Of a stretch of 64,000 bases of DNA, positions 1 to 9,604 are shown piece by piece. The DNA comes from Candidatus Binatus sp. (GTDB taxonomy: Bacteria; Desulfobacterota; Binatia; Binatales; Binataceae), in assembly GCF_049584895.1 (NCBI RefSeq), contig NZ_JBAUYR010000086.1, positions 69,625-133,624 of the forward strand, written 5' to 3'. Position numbers and translations under genes: made by a program. The notes under the pieces are model-generated. The model was not told the DNA's origin. It worked only from the letters and a program-made list of their open reading frames with translations, and did not search any database. Every line of letters starts with the position of its first letter. Position 1 is the stretch's first letter.

Positions 1-1
1 C

Positions 2-625
2 GTGGCGAAGGATTTCGGCGCGCTGCTGATCGCTGACGAAATGATCACCGGCTTCGGACGCACTGGAAAATGGTGGGGCGTCGAGCATAGCGGCACTCGC
101 CCCGATATCGTCACCGTCGGCAAGGGGATGGGTTCGGGATTTCCGGTCTCGGGCGTGCTGCTGAGCGACGAGCTGGGCAAGGCGGAGCCGTTCGGAAAGC
201 CGAGCGCGTCGTCGTCGAGCTACGGCGGAAATCCGCTGGCTGCAGTGGCAGTGTCGGAAACGATCGGCGCGATCCAGCGGGAGCATCTGGTTGAGAACTC
301 GCGCAAGGTCGGCGCGATGATGCTGTCGCGGCTCGTGCAGCTGAAGGAAAAATACGAATTTGTCGGCGACGTCCGAGGTAAGGGGCTTTTGATCGGCGTC
401 GAGCTGGTGCGCGATCTCGAAACCAAGGAACTGCTCGGCAAAAAAGTCACCGAGCTGATCTTCGCCGAATGCCTGAAACGCGGACTGGTCACGATGGCGT
501 ACTTTCCCAAGATTCGGATCAATCCGTCACTGGTGATCACCGAAGCTCAAGCCGAGGCGGGCGTCGAAATCATGGACGAGGTGTTCGCGCACGTCCGCGA
601 TCACGTTGACTGGCGCCACGCATAG
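2..625 (+). CDS. class III PLP-dependent aminotransferase, C-terminal fragment (5' end outside window)
   Basis: ORF is open to the window edge. Motifs DEMITGFGRTG and TVGKGMGSGFP (Schiff-base Lys context) are typical of acetylornithine/GABA-type transaminases. Confidence 0.85.
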   Translation: MAKDFGALLIADEMITGFGRTGKWWGVEHSGTRPDIVTVGKGMGSGFPVSGVLLSDELGKAEPFGKPSASSSSYGGNPLAAVAVSETIGAIQREHLVENSRKVGAMMLSRLVQLKEKYEFVGDVRGKGLLIGVELVRDLETKELLGKKVTELIFAECLKRGLVTMAYFPKIRINPSLVITEAQAEAGVEIMDEVFAHVRDHVDWRHA

Positions 626-640
626 GCGAATCTTTTTTCC

Positions 641-1117
641 ATGGTCAATCCGAATGGCAACGCGGCGCTGTTCCTCGATCTCACCGGCACGTTGGTCAGG
701 CTCAACGAGAATCTCGAGATTCCGCTCGACGCCAACGGCAACATCGTAATCGAACTGCTCCCCGGCGTAGCCGAAAAACTCCGCCCCATGCACGACTACC
801 TGATGTTCGTCGTGACCAATCAGTCGGGAATCACGCGCGGCCGCCTCAAAGCGGAAAAAGTGGAAGCCGCGCTGAAGGATCTCGACGCCCAGCTCGGCGG
901 CATCCTGTCGGGATGGCAAATCTGCCCGCACACCGATGCCGACAATTGCGAATGCCGCAAGCCGAAGGGCGGGATGATCACAGAGCTCGCCGATTTGTAC
1001 GGCGTCGATTTGGCGTCGTCGACGATGGTCGGCGATCAGGAAGTCGACCGGCTCGCGGGTGAAGCGGCGGGCGTCGCGAAGTTTGTCGCCGCGAAAGATT
1101 TTTTTGGCTGGGAATGA
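641..1117 (+). CDS. HAD-IIIA phosphatase, GmhB/histidinol-phosphatase-like
   Basis: Motif I region FLDLTGT, VVTNQSG, the Zn-binding insert CPH...CECRKP and GDQEVD. Fold and length fit D,D-heptose-bisphosphate phosphatase-like enzymes. Confidence 0.7.
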   Translation: MVNPNGNAALFLDLTGTLVRLNENLEIPLDANGNIVIELLPGVAEKLRPMHDYLMFVVTNQSGITRGRLKAEKVEAALKDLDAQLGGILSGWQICPHTDADNCECRKPKGGMITELADLYGVDLASSTMVGDQEVDRLAGEAAGVAKFVAAKDFFGWE

Positions 1118-1160
1118 GAGAAGCGTAAAACTGATCTTTTGTCTGTCGTCTTTTCTTTAT

Positions 1161-1187
1161 GTCATTCTGAGCGAAGCGAAGAATCCC
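1161..1187. repeat. single copy of the GTCATYCTGAGCG..AGCGAAGRATC intergenic repeat family
   Basis: gtcattctgagcgaagcgaagaatccc. The same core recurs at 2107, 25109, 26909 and 51661, and inverted at 2181, 27045 and 51743. Confidence 0.8.
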
Positions 1188-1230
1188 GGATCCTTCCTTG
1201 CCGGGAAAAGCCGCCGCGAGGAGATCGAAA

Positions 1231-2082
1231 ATGAAAATTGGACTGCTCACTCCATTCACCGGCAAGAATGCTCATCCTGCGGAATTTGCGCGTGTCGCTG
1301 AGTCACTCGGATTCGAATCGATCTGGGTGCCCGAGCATCCCGCGATGCCCGCAAATCCCAAGCAGCAGTTTCCCACCGGCGGTCCGATTCCGCCCGCATA
1401 TTTCACGATGGGCGATCAGATGATAGCGCTCAGCATGGCGGCTGCCGTCACCAAGAATCTGAAACTCGCCAGCGGTATCTGCCTCGTGCCGGAGCATGAG
1501 CCGCTCACTCTCGCCAAACAGTTCGCGACGCTGGACGCATACTCGGGCGGCCGCGTGCTGTTCGGAATCGGCGCGGGATGGCTGCGCGAGGAGAGCGATC
1601 TTTTCGGCGTCGACTTCCCCCATCGATGGAGCGAGACTGCCGAGATTGTCGCCGCCATGCGCAAGCTGTGGACCGAGGACTCGGCGTCGTTCGAAGGCAA
1701 GTACGTGAAGTTTCCGCCGGTGAAGTCGCTGCCTAAGCCGGCGCAAAAATCAGGACCGCCGGTGCTGATCGGCAGCCTCGACAAGAACGCCCTCAAGCGC
1801 GTTGCCAAGTGGGCCGACGGATGGTGCCCGATTCAACTCAACGCGGGGCAGTTGAAAACACGTGTCGACGAGCTCAAGCGCGAGTGCACGGCGGTCGGCA
1901 GGAATTTCGCAGAGCTCGATATTACGATCATGGGCGGAATCCGCGGCGACCGCACGACGGTGCAGGATGGTCTGAAGGAGTTCGCGGAAGCAGGCGCGGG
2001 TCGATTCGTCGCTGGCCTGGGAGATCTGACTTTCGAGAATTCCGAAGGGATGCTGAAGAAGATCGCCGCGCTGTACGTTTAG
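1231..2082 (+). CDS. LLM-class (luciferase-like) F420/flavin-dependent oxidoreductase
   Basis: MKIGLLTPFTG...GFESIWVPEHP...FGIGAGW is typical of luciferase-like monooxygenases. The ATG at 1231 is preceded by GAGGAG. The upstream TTG at 1198 abuts the repeat, so it was not used. Confidence 0.85.
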   Translation: MKIGLLTPFTGKNAHPAEFARVAESLGFESIWVPEHPAMPANPKQQFPTGGPIPPAYFTMGDQMIALSMAAAVTKNLKLASGICLVPEHEPLTLAKQFATLDAYSGGRVLFGIGAGWLREESDLFGVDFPHRWSETAEIVAAMRKLWTEDSASFEGKYVKFPPVKSLPKPAQKSGPPVLIGSLDKNALKRVAKWADGWCPIQLNAGQLKTRVDELKRECTAVGRNFAELDITIMGGIRGDRTTVQDGLKEFAEAGAGRFVAGLGDLTFENSEGMLKKIAALYV

Positions 2083-2106
2083 GGAAGGGCGAATGACCCT
2101 TTTTCC

Positions 2107-2218
2107 GTCATCCTGAGCGAAGCGGAGGATCTCGCGCGCCAGCGCGTTCGTGGGCAGTGGCGCCGACGCCGGAGCGTCGTCGAGATTCTTCGCTACGGCA
2201 GCCTCCGCTCAGAATGAC
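2107..2218. repeat. inverted pair of the GTCATYCTGAGCG repeat (MITE/REP-like unit)
   Basis: Arm gtcatcctgagcgaagcggaggatctcg (2107-2134) faces its reverse complement cgagattcttcgctacggcagcctccgctcagaatgac (2181-2218). Confidence 0.8.
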
Positions 2219-2254
2219 AACGATGAACTGATCAGCGCGTAGATGGCTTCGCGC

Positions 2255-2494
2255 TCAAATCTCGTCGCGGATTATTCTTGTCGCTATTACCAGCGCGGTG
2301 GCGCCGGCCGTGGACATCAGGATGGCGCCAATGAAGTTGTGCGCGCGTACGCCCAGGACCTCGAAGATCATTCCGCCGACGATGCCGCCGAGCAGGCCGA
2401 GCCCGATGTCGCACATCATGCCGTAGCCGTTGCCGTTGAGAATTTTTCCCGCCAGCCATCCCGAGATGAGTCCGATTAGAATCCATGCGAACAT
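2255..2494 (-). CDS. GlsB/YeaQ/YmgE family transglycosylase-associated small membrane protein
   Basis: 79 aa, Gly-rich transmembrane pattern ILIGLISGWLAGKI...GLLGGIVGG. Confidence 0.85.
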   Translation of the reverse strand: MFAWILIGLISGWLAGKILNGNGYGMMCDIGLGLLGGIVGGMIFEVLGVRAHNFIGAILMSTAGATALVIATRIIRDEI

Positions 2495-2676
2495 GATTCG
2501 CCTGCCTCCCTGTTTGTTGTGCGTTCGCTAGAGAGGGGAGCAAGAGCGCTGCCATCGGGATCCAGAGGATTTGCGAGTGATTTGGTCTAAATCGGACGGC
2601 TGCGATGCCGCTTTTCGACTGCACCGCCATCTTGCGACTGCGGGTGGGTTGCGAGGCAATCCGCTTTAGCTGACAC

Positions 2677-3744
2677 TTGTCGGCGCTGATGGCGAATCGA
2701 ACAAAATTGCGCGGGGCTATTTCCGGATTTGGCGAGGTTGCTGCCCGCGCGCACCTTGCTGGCTGGCGGACGCGCGAAAATATCGCAATCAGTGCGATTC
2801 ACGATCCTGTCTCGGAGCGGCGGCACGAGGCCATCCACCTCATCAAGAGTGTCCGCGTTTATGACGACCTCGAACTGATGCTCGATGGCGAGGCTCCGGA
2901 TTTTGTGGATGTCGCCAGTCCTCCGGGGCTCCATCAGGCGGCGGCGCGCCTGGCCCTGGCGGCTGGCGCGCACGTCCTCGTCGAAAAGCCGCTCGCGCTT
3001 TCGCTTGGCGAGTTCGACGAACTTGCGGCGGTTGCCGCGGAGAAGCAGCGCATCCTGATGTGCGTGCACAATTGGAAATACGCGCCCGCCTATGCGGCTG
3101 CGCGCCGAGCGATCGAGGCGGGGAGGCTGGGCGCGATTCGATTCATCTCGGTTGATCGCCTCCGGACCGAACCTGCCGGGACGGGAGGCAGCGGTGGAAA
3201 GTGGCGGGCGTCGGCGGCGTCGGGCGGCGGGATTTTGATCGATCACGGTTGGCATGTCTTCTATTTGATGAATTGGCTGCTCGGCGGCGAGGCGCCGACT
3301 TCGGTTTCAGCTCGGCTCGAGTCGCCCGCGGGCATGGACGTCGACGATGTCGCCGATGTGCGAATTCGGTTCGGTGATGGTGCGATCGGCCGGGCGCATC
3401 TCTCCTGGCGTGCTCCGGTGCGACGGACATCGGCGCTCATCTATGGCGAACGCGCAAGTCTCGAAATTGAAGGGGATCGAGTGTTCCTCACGGAACGGTC
3501 TGGGAAGACCGAGGACCTCTCGATTCCGGACATGGCCGACGATTCGTACCATGCGGCGTGGTTCGGCGGGGTGGCTGAGGAGTTCGAGCGAGCGGTCACC
3601 GAAGGAACCGATTCGCCGGTCGCGAGCCTCAACTTGGCGCAGGCGCGTGTTGCACTGGTGCTAATCGAGGCGGCGCGGAAATCGTCTATTAACAATGGTA
3701 TCGAGATCGTAACTCCTTTTTCCACTGTAAAATCACATAGTTAA
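2677..3744 (+). CDS. Gfo/Idh/MocA family NAD(P)-dependent oxidoreductase
   Basis: N-terminal Rossmann region, EKPLALS motif and a C-terminal alpha/beta domain. The start is uncertain (TTG 2677 or ATG 2689). Confidence 0.8.
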   Translation: MSALMANRTKLRGAISGFGEVAARAHLAGWRTRENIAISAIHDPVSERRHEAIHLIKSVRVYDDLELMLDGEAPDFVDVASPPGLHQAAARLALAAGAHVLVEKPLALSLGEFDELAAVAAEKQRILMCVHNWKYAPAYAAARRAIEAGRLGAIRFISVDRLRTEPAGTGGSGGKWRASAASGGGILIDHGWHVFYLMNWLLGGEAPTSVSARLESPAGMDVDDVADVRIRFGDGAIGRAHLSWRAPVRRTSALIYGERASLEIEGDRVFLTERSGKTEDLSIPDMADDSYHAAWFGGVAEEFERAVTEGTDSPVASLNLAQARVALVLIEAARKSSINNGIEIVTPFSTVKSHS

Positions 3745-3966
3745 GCCGAAATAGCCCGCCAGAAACATTCTGGCGGCCGCTGACCGCCTGACCGCTCGGA
3801 CTGTCGCTCTTGACTTTCGAGAATGTGACGGTAAAGTTTCAATTGACCGAAAGGTTAGCCGCATTTTCGAGACGCGCAGGTTACCGCTGCTCGAATTGGC
3901 GGCCATTGGACGCATTTTGTGGTTTCGGGCGACGACAGGAGTAGAGCGGGGGGGCATAGCCAGAAT

Positions 3967-4626
3967 ATGGGCGTGTCGCACATAAAAGTGGGTGTGGCGG
4001 AGCCGCGCACCGGATCGCAGGACTCGCGCGACGAGATTCTGAAGGCGGCGATGCGCCTTTTTGCCAGCCGCGGATTCCATGAGACCTCGATGTCGGAAGT
4101 GGCGCGCGAGGCGCACGTCAGCAAGGCGCTGATTTTTTGGCATTTCAAGACCAAGGAAGAGCTGTTCGTCGCAGTTTTGAACCGCCTGCTCGAACCGTAC
4201 TTTATCGATTTCGCGGAAGAAGCGGCCGCGATGGACGAGCGCCAACAGATTCTAAAGCTGGTTGAGGCGTACCTGTCGTTCGTGCGCGACAACGCGAGTT
4301 CGGTGCGGTTCTTCCTGGCGCAGATGCTTCACGATCCGACGCTGTCCGAAGGTCTCAATGAGCAGGTACTGCAGCTCTATAGCGGCTATCGCGCGATGTT
4401 GGTCGAGCTGATCACGAGCGCGCAACAGAAGGGAGTCTGCGCGCGCCGGACTGCCCCGGAATCGGCGGCGGCGTTTCTGCTTTCGGCGCTGAACGGGTTG
4501 CTGATCGAACATTTATTTATGGGCGCAAATGCGATCGACCCCGAAGGGGCGGTGGCGATGGTGGGCGAGTGGTTGTTCGGTCCGTCGGGGACATCTTCAT
4601 CGGAGGGCGGTGCACCGTCCGCCTGA
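3967..4626 (+). CDS. TetR/AcrR family transcriptional regulator
   Basis: HTH signature ILKAAMRLFASRGFHETSMSEVAREAHVSKALIFWHFKTKEELF. ATG 3967 was chosen over GTG 3919. Confidence 0.85.
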   Translation: MGVSHIKVGVAEPRTGSQDSRDEILKAAMRLFASRGFHETSMSEVAREAHVSKALIFWHFKTKEELFVAVLNRLLEPYFIDFAEEAAAMDERQQILKLVEAYLSFVRDNASSVRFFLAQMLHDPTLSEGLNEQVLQLYSGYRAMLVELITSAQQKGVCARRTAPESAAAFLLSALNGLLIEHLFMGANAIDPEGAVAMVGEWLFGPSGTSSSEGGAPSA

Positions 4627-4665
4627 CTGTTTTCTTCAACATGGTTCCAGGAGAACGCAAAAGCT

Positions 4666-5670
4666 ATGCGCATTCCATTGAGGCAGATGATCGATCTCGG
4701 CCGCTACATGCGCGCCAAGAAGAAATCCGGTGAGAAATATTTTCCACTGGTGCTGATGCTCGAACCGCTCCATGCGTGCAACCTTGCGTGCATCGGATGC
4801 GGGCGAATCGTCGAGTACAAGGACACCATCCGCGACATGATGCCGCTGGACGAGGCGTTGCATTCGGCGGAAGAAGCGGGCGCGCCGATCGTGTCGATCT
4901 GCGGTGGCGAGCCGCTGATGTACAAGCATATCGCGGCGCTGACGCGCGGACTGATCGAGGATCAGAAGCGTCACGTGATGATATGCACCAATGCGATCCT
5001 GCTCGAACGTTTCGTCAAGCAGGTGCCGCCGAGTCCCTATCTCAGCTTCAACCTGCACCTCGACGGGATGCGCGAGACTAACGATCGGGTGACCGACAGG
5101 GTCGGGCATTTCGACATCGTCGTGAAGATGATCAAGATGCTGAAGGAGAAGGGCTACCGCGTACAGACCAACACGACTGTCTTTCGCGAGACCACCGGTC
5201 AGGAGCTCGAGGACATGGTCAAGTACCTGACCAGCCTCGGCGTCGACGGGATGCTGCTGAGCCCCGGCTATCACTACCAGGTGCTGCAGAACGACGAGGA
5301 GTATCTCCGCAAAGACGAGATGCCCGCGAAGTTTTTCAAGGTTCGCGACATGGCGAACGATTACAAGATTATCAACACGCCGATTTACCTCGACTACCTG
5401 GTCGGCAAGCGCGACATGCAATGCAGTCCGTGGACCACGGTCACGCGCAATCCGCAAGGATGGAAGGGGCCGTGCTACCTCATCACAAACGGTCACTATA
5501 AGACCCTTAATGAGATGCATGCGGCGACGGATTGGGAATACTATCGAACCAAGCAGGATTTCCGCTGTCGCGATTGCAAGCTGCATTCGGGATTTGAGGG
5601 GACCGTGGCGCTCGACTTCGGCAAAAATCTGAAGGACTCATGGCGCATGGTGCGGCATTACGTGGCGTGA
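4666..5670 (+). CDS. hpnH: adenosyl-hopene transferase HpnH (radical SAM)
   Basis: CxxxCxxC (CNLACIGC) sits near the N-terminus. Length and hopanoid cluster context fit. The C-terminal CRDCKLHSGFE region is typical of HpnH. Confidence 0.88.
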   Translation: MRIPLRQMIDLGRYMRAKKKSGEKYFPLVLMLEPLHACNLACIGCGRIVEYKDTIRDMMPLDEALHSAEEAGAPIVSICGGEPLMYKHIAALTRGLIEDQKRHVMICTNAILLERFVKQVPPSPYLSFNLHLDGMRETNDRVTDRVGHFDIVVKMIKMLKEKGYRVQTNTTVFRETTGQELEDMVKYLTSLGVDGMLLSPGYHYQVLQNDEEYLRKDEMPAKFFKVRDMANDYKIINTPIYLDYLVGKRDMQCSPWTTVTRNPQGWKGPCYLITNGHYKTLNEMHAATDWEYYRTKQDFRCRDCKLHSGFEGTVALDFGKNLKDSWRMVRHYVA

Positions 5671-5671
5671 C

Positions 5672-6562
5672 GTGTTCGACTTACACAGTTATCTAAAAGA
5701 GCGCGCGCAGCTCATTGAGCGCGCGCTGAAGCGAAGCGTCGAAGAGCCCACCGGCGCCGCAGCGCGCTTGCATGAGGCGATGCGCTATTCGCTGCTCGCG
5801 GGCGGCAAGCGCCTGCGGCCGGTGCTCGCGCTTGCGTCGTGCGAGGCGGTCGGCGGCAAGCTCGAGGCGGCGATGGGGCTCGCGTGCGCGGTCGAGATGA
5901 TTCACACCTACTCGCTGATTCATGACGATCTGCCATGCATGGACGACGACGATATGCGTCGCGGACGCCCGACCAATCACAAAGTTTATGGCGAAGCGAT
6001 CGCGACACTTGCGGGCGACGCGCTCCTGACGGACGCATTCAAGGTGCTCACGCGGTCGGCGGACAAAGGTGCGTCGCCGGCGCTCGTGCTCGAGACTGTC
6101 GCGGAGCTCGCGGCGGCGGCGGGATCGACCGGGATGGTCGCAGGGCAGGTGATCGATTTGCTCGGCGAGGGCAAGTCGAAGACGGTCGAAGAGCTCGAAG
6201 AACTGCACGGCAAAAAAACCGGCGCGCTGTTCCTGGCTTCGGTGCGCGGCGGTGCGCGACTCGGTGGCGCGAGCGCGTCGCAGATCGAGTCGCTCGACGC
6301 GTACGCGCGCGCGCTCGGGCTCGCGTTCCAGGTCGTCGATGATCTGCTCGACGTTCAAGGCACGCCGGAGCAGATGGGCAAGCGCACGCAAAAGGACGGC
6401 GAGCGCGGCAAGGCGACCTATCCAGCGATATTGGGAATCGAGCGCTCGATGGATTTGACGCGCGAGCTTGAAACGCGAGCGCATCGCGCGTTGCAAGGCT
6501 TCGGCGATCGTGCCGACGCGTTGCGGCATATCGCGACGTTTGTTGTGGAGCGCAAACTGTGA
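5672..6562 (+). CDS. ispA: farnesyl-diphosphate synthase (type II polyprenyl synthase)
   Basis: FARM IHTYSLIHDDLPCMDDDDMRRG has an aromatic Tyr at -5 and is very close to the E. coli IspA motif. SARM is FQVVDDLLD. Confidence 0.85.
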   Translation: MFDLHSYLKERAQLIERALKRSVEEPTGAAARLHEAMRYSLLAGGKRLRPVLALASCEAVGGKLEAAMGLACAVEMIHTYSLIHDDLPCMDDDDMRRGRPTNHKVYGEAIATLAGDALLTDAFKVLTRSADKGASPALVLETVAELAAAAGSTGMVAGQVIDLLGEGKSKTVEELEELHGKKTGALFLASVRGGARLGGASASQIESLDAYARALGLAFQVVDDLLDVQGTPEQMGKRTQKDGERGKATYPAILGIERSMDLTRELETRAHRALQGFGDRADALRHIATFVVERKL

Positions 6563-7626
6563 GCGCGCTCGAAGCATCGGCGAGAATTACCCAAGCGCAT
6601 TCGCGCCAGGCGATGCTGGTCGAGCCCGGCCGGATCGAACTTCGAGATTACGTCGCCCCGAGTCCGAAGCCGGGCGAGTTGCTGATTCAAATTCGATGCG
6701 CGCTCAGTTGCGGCACCGATCTCAAAACATTTCGCCGCGGCCACCCGATGTGGAACCTGCCGATGCCGTTCGGGCATGAGTTTTCCGGCGTAGTAGCGGA
6801 AGCGGGCGAGGGTGTGACCGCGTTCAAGCCCGGCGACGAAATCATGGCGGCGCCGACTGCGCCGTGTGGAGTTTGCTTCTACTGCCAGCATGGGCAGGAA
6901 AATCTTTGCGACGACGCGGTCGGACGAATGGTTCATGGCGCGTACGCGGACACGCTGACGCTGCCGCCGCATGTCGTCGCGCGCAACACGTTTATCAAAC
7001 CTGCGGACCTGCCGTTCGAGGAGGCCGCGCTGCTCGAACCGCTCTCGTGCGTCGTGCACGCGAATGATACGGCGCGTGCCGACAAAAATGAGACGGTGGT
7101 GATACTCGGTGGCGGCGCTTTCGGCCTGCTGCACATGCTGGTGCTGCGAGCGGCGGGCGTTCGCGAGGTGGTGGTGGTAGGGCGCGGCGCAGAGCGTCTG
7201 AAGTGGGCGGAGAATCTGGGCGCGGACCGCGTGATCGATGCGCGCGGGGCAGACGCCGTCGCGGAAATCGCACGGCTCAATGGCGGCTTCGGTCCCGATT
7301 TGGTCATCGAGTGCACGGGGCAAGTCGAGGGTTGGGAGGATGCGCTCGCGCGAGTGCGGCGCGGAGGCCGCGTAGTTTTTTTCGGCGGCTGTCCGACCGG
7401 CACCGCGCTGAGTGTCGATACGCGACGGATGCATTACGACAACCTTACCCTGATGTCGCCGTTTCATTATCGGCCGCGCGATGTGCGCCGTGCGTACGAA
7501 TTGCTGGCGGGACGCGCGCTGAATGCAGGCGCGATCGTCAACGCTCGGAAGCGGCTGGGCGAACTCGCGGAAGTTTTCGACATGTTGGAGCGCGGCGAGG
7601 TTCTGAAATGCGCCGTGATTCCATGA
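6559..7626 (+). CDS. zinc-dependent medium-chain alcohol dehydrogenase family protein
   Basis: GHEFSGVV, a structural-Zn Cys cluster CGVCFYCQHGQENLC and GGGAFG nucleotide binding. A GTGA overlap joins it to the ispA stop. Confidence 0.85.
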   Translation: MSALEASARITQAHSRQAMLVEPGRIELRDYVAPSPKPGELLIQIRCALSCGTDLKTFRRGHPMWNLPMPFGHEFSGVVAEAGEGVTAFKPGDEIMAAPTAPCGVCFYCQHGQENLCDDAVGRMVHGAYADTLTLPPHVVARNTFIKPADLPFEEAALLEPLSCVVHANDTARADKNETVVILGGGAFGLLHMLVLRAAGVREVVVVGRGAERLKWAENLGADRVIDARGADAVAEIARLNGGFGPDLVIECTGQVEGWEDALARVRRGGRVVFFGGCPTGTALSVDTRRMHYDNLTLMSPFHYRPRDVRRAYELLAGRALNAGAIVNARKRLGELAEVFDMLERGEVLKCAVIP

Positions 7627-7635
7627 GGGGTTAAT

Positions 7636-9594
7636 ATGAATCCGGCTGCTGAAATTGGAAACACGGCGATTGCGATGTCGCCACATGACGAGTTCGTCGC
7701 GAAGATTGATTACACCGTCGATTGCGCCCAACGCGCGCTGCTCGCGCTGCAGAAGCCCGAAGGCTACTGGCATGCGCCGCTCGAGGCGAACGCGGAGATG
7801 AACGCGGAGTTCATCATCTTCAATCACTTCATGGACACCGTCGATCTCGAGACCGAGGCGCGGCTGAGGAAGCACCTGCTCGACACGCAGAGCGCGGACG
7901 GGAGCTGGGCGCTGTACCAGGGCGGCGAGGGTTATCTCTCGACGACGATCGAAAGTTATTTTGCGCTGAAGCTCACCGGCATGCGCGCGGGCGACGAGCC
8001 GATGGCGGCTGCGCGGCGTTGGATTTTGTCGAAGGGCGGAATCGTGAACTGCGGGACGCTGGCGCGCTTCTACCTGGCGTCGATGGGACAGATCACGTGG
8101 GACGCGACGGCGGCGCTGCCGGTCGAGCTCTCGCTGTTCCCGAATTGGTTCCCGTTCAACATTTACGAGCTCGGCTCGTGGGCGCGCGGAACGCTAATGG
8201 GACTGATGATGCTGCAGGCGGCGCGTCCGGAGAAAAAAATCGACTACCAGCGCGGAGTGCTGGAACTCTTCATCGAGCCGCCGCATTTCACCAAGTTCAA
8301 ACAGCCGCGCGGAAAGAATTTGTTGTCACTGCGCAACGCGTTGAATTTCGCTGACAAGGCGCTGCGCTTCTATGATCGGCACAAAATTAAGTCTCTGCGC
8401 GCACGCGCGCTGCGTCACACCGAAGAATGGTTGCTCGAGCATCAGGAGGCGAACGGCTCGTGGGGCGGGATTGAGCCGTGCTACCTGTTGAGCGCGATGG
8501 CTCTGAAAGCCAACGGCTACCGCAACGACCATCCGGTACTGAAGAAAGCGATCGAGGCGTCGCAGGAACTCATCTGGCATTTCAGCGACTACGACATGTA
8601 CATGCCGTGCGTCTCGGTCAACTGGGACACCGGCCTGGCAGGGCGCGCGCTGCTCGACTCCGGTCTGCCGGGCGATCATCCGTCGCTGAAGCAGACCTCG
8701 CAGTGGCTGATCGATCATCAAATTTTCAAGAAGGGCGATTGGTCGGTGAAGCGTCCCGATCTTGAACCGGGCGGATGGGCGTTCGAGTTCTTTAACGATA
8801 ACTATCCCGACGTTGATGATTCGGCGGTGATCCTTTCGGTGATGGCTGACTCGAAAGCCGATGACGCTGCCGCCAGGGAGCGTGCAATTCGCACCGGCGC
8901 GAACTGGGTGATGGGGATGCAATCGAAGGACGGCGGCTTCGCGGCGTTCGACGCCGACAATAATTCGACCTGGCTGAATCATCTGCCGCTTGCCGACGTG
9001 GAAGCGGTGACCGATCCGTCGTGTCCCGATCTCACCGGACGCGTGCTCGAGATGATGGCGGCGGTCGGGTATCGCACTGAGCATCCGGTGGCGAAACGCG
9101 CGATCGAATGGCTCAAGAAAAATCAGTCGCCGGCCGGTGGATGGTGGGGGCGCTGGGGTATCAACTATATCTACGGAACTTTCTCGGCGCTGTCGGGACT
9201 GCGTGCGATTGGCGTCGATATCAACGAGCCATGGATCAAGAAGGCCGTCGCATGGCTCAAGTCGAAGCAGAATCCGGACGGCGGATGGGGCGAGAGCCCG
9301 CTGTCCGACAAGGATCCGGCGTGGCGCGGACGCGGGACCAGCACCGCGTCGCAAACGGCGTGGGCGCTGATCGGATTGATCGCAGGCGAGGCCGGAATCA
9401 GCGAGCATGCGATGCGCGGCGCGCAATGGCTCTCAGAGCGGCAGAACGACGAAGGCGCGTGGGACGAGCGAGAATCGACCGGCAACGGATTTCCAAATCA
9501 TTTCTATCTTCGCTACCACATGTACGCGCATTATTTTCCGCTGATGGCGCTGGGGCGCTTCCGCAAAAGATTGGCGGAGACCGCGTCACGCTGA
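7636..9594 (+). CDS. shc: squalene-hopene cyclase
   Basis: Catalytic DxDD (YPDVDDSAV) and multiple QW repeats (QSADGSW, QEANGSWGG, QSKDGGF, QSPAGGWWGRWG, QNPDGGWGE). Confidence 0.95.
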   Translation: MNPAAEIGNTAIAMSPHDEFVAKIDYTVDCAQRALLALQKPEGYWHAPLEANAEMNAEFIIFNHFMDTVDLETEARLRKHLLDTQSADGSWALYQGGEGYLSTTIESYFALKLTGMRAGDEPMAAARRWILSKGGIVNCGTLARFYLASMGQITWDATAALPVELSLFPNWFPFNIYELGSWARGTLMGLMMLQAARPEKKIDYQRGVLELFIEPPHFTKFKQPRGKNLLSLRNALNFADKALRFYDRHKIKSLRARALRHTEEWLLEHQEANGSWGGIEPCYLLSAMALKANGYRNDHPVLKKAIEASQELIWHFSDYDMYMPCVSVNWDTGLAGRALLDSGLPGDHPSLKQTSQWLIDHQIFKKGDWSVKRPDLEPGGWAFEFFNDNYPDVDDSAVILSVMADSKADDAAARERAIRTGANWVMGMQSKDGGFAAFDADNNSTWLNHLPLADVEAVTDPSCPDLTGRVLEMMAAVGYRTEHPVAKRAIEWLKKNQSPAGGWWGRWGINYIYGTFSALSGLRAIGVDINEPWIKKAVAWLKSKQNPDGGWGESPLSDKDPAWRGRGTSTASQTAWALIGLIAGEAGISEHAMRGAQWLSERQNDEGAWDERESTGNGFPNHFYLRYHMYAHYFPLMALGRFRKRLAETASR

Positions 9595-9604
9595 GCGATT
9601 CGCG

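Noticed and set aside
3752-3777. Hairpin gcccgccaga/tctggcggc after the Gfo/Idh/MocA gene, considered as a terminator.
   Set aside because: It has an 8-bp stem but no downstream U-tract, so it was not reported as a feature.
6418-7875. Very long ORFs antisense to well-supported genes. Examples: 6418-7875(-), 8326-9426(-), 17560-18990(-), 19134-20732(-), 29461-30432(-), 54051-55202(+) and 59893-61590(-).
   Set aside because: They are Arg/Ala/Gly/Pro-rich with no recognisable motifs. Each lies opposite a gene with unmistakable family signatures (ADH/shc, hpnK, pepN, PlcP-like, bEBP, BVMO). This is the typical stop-codon-poor antisense frame of high-G+C DNA.
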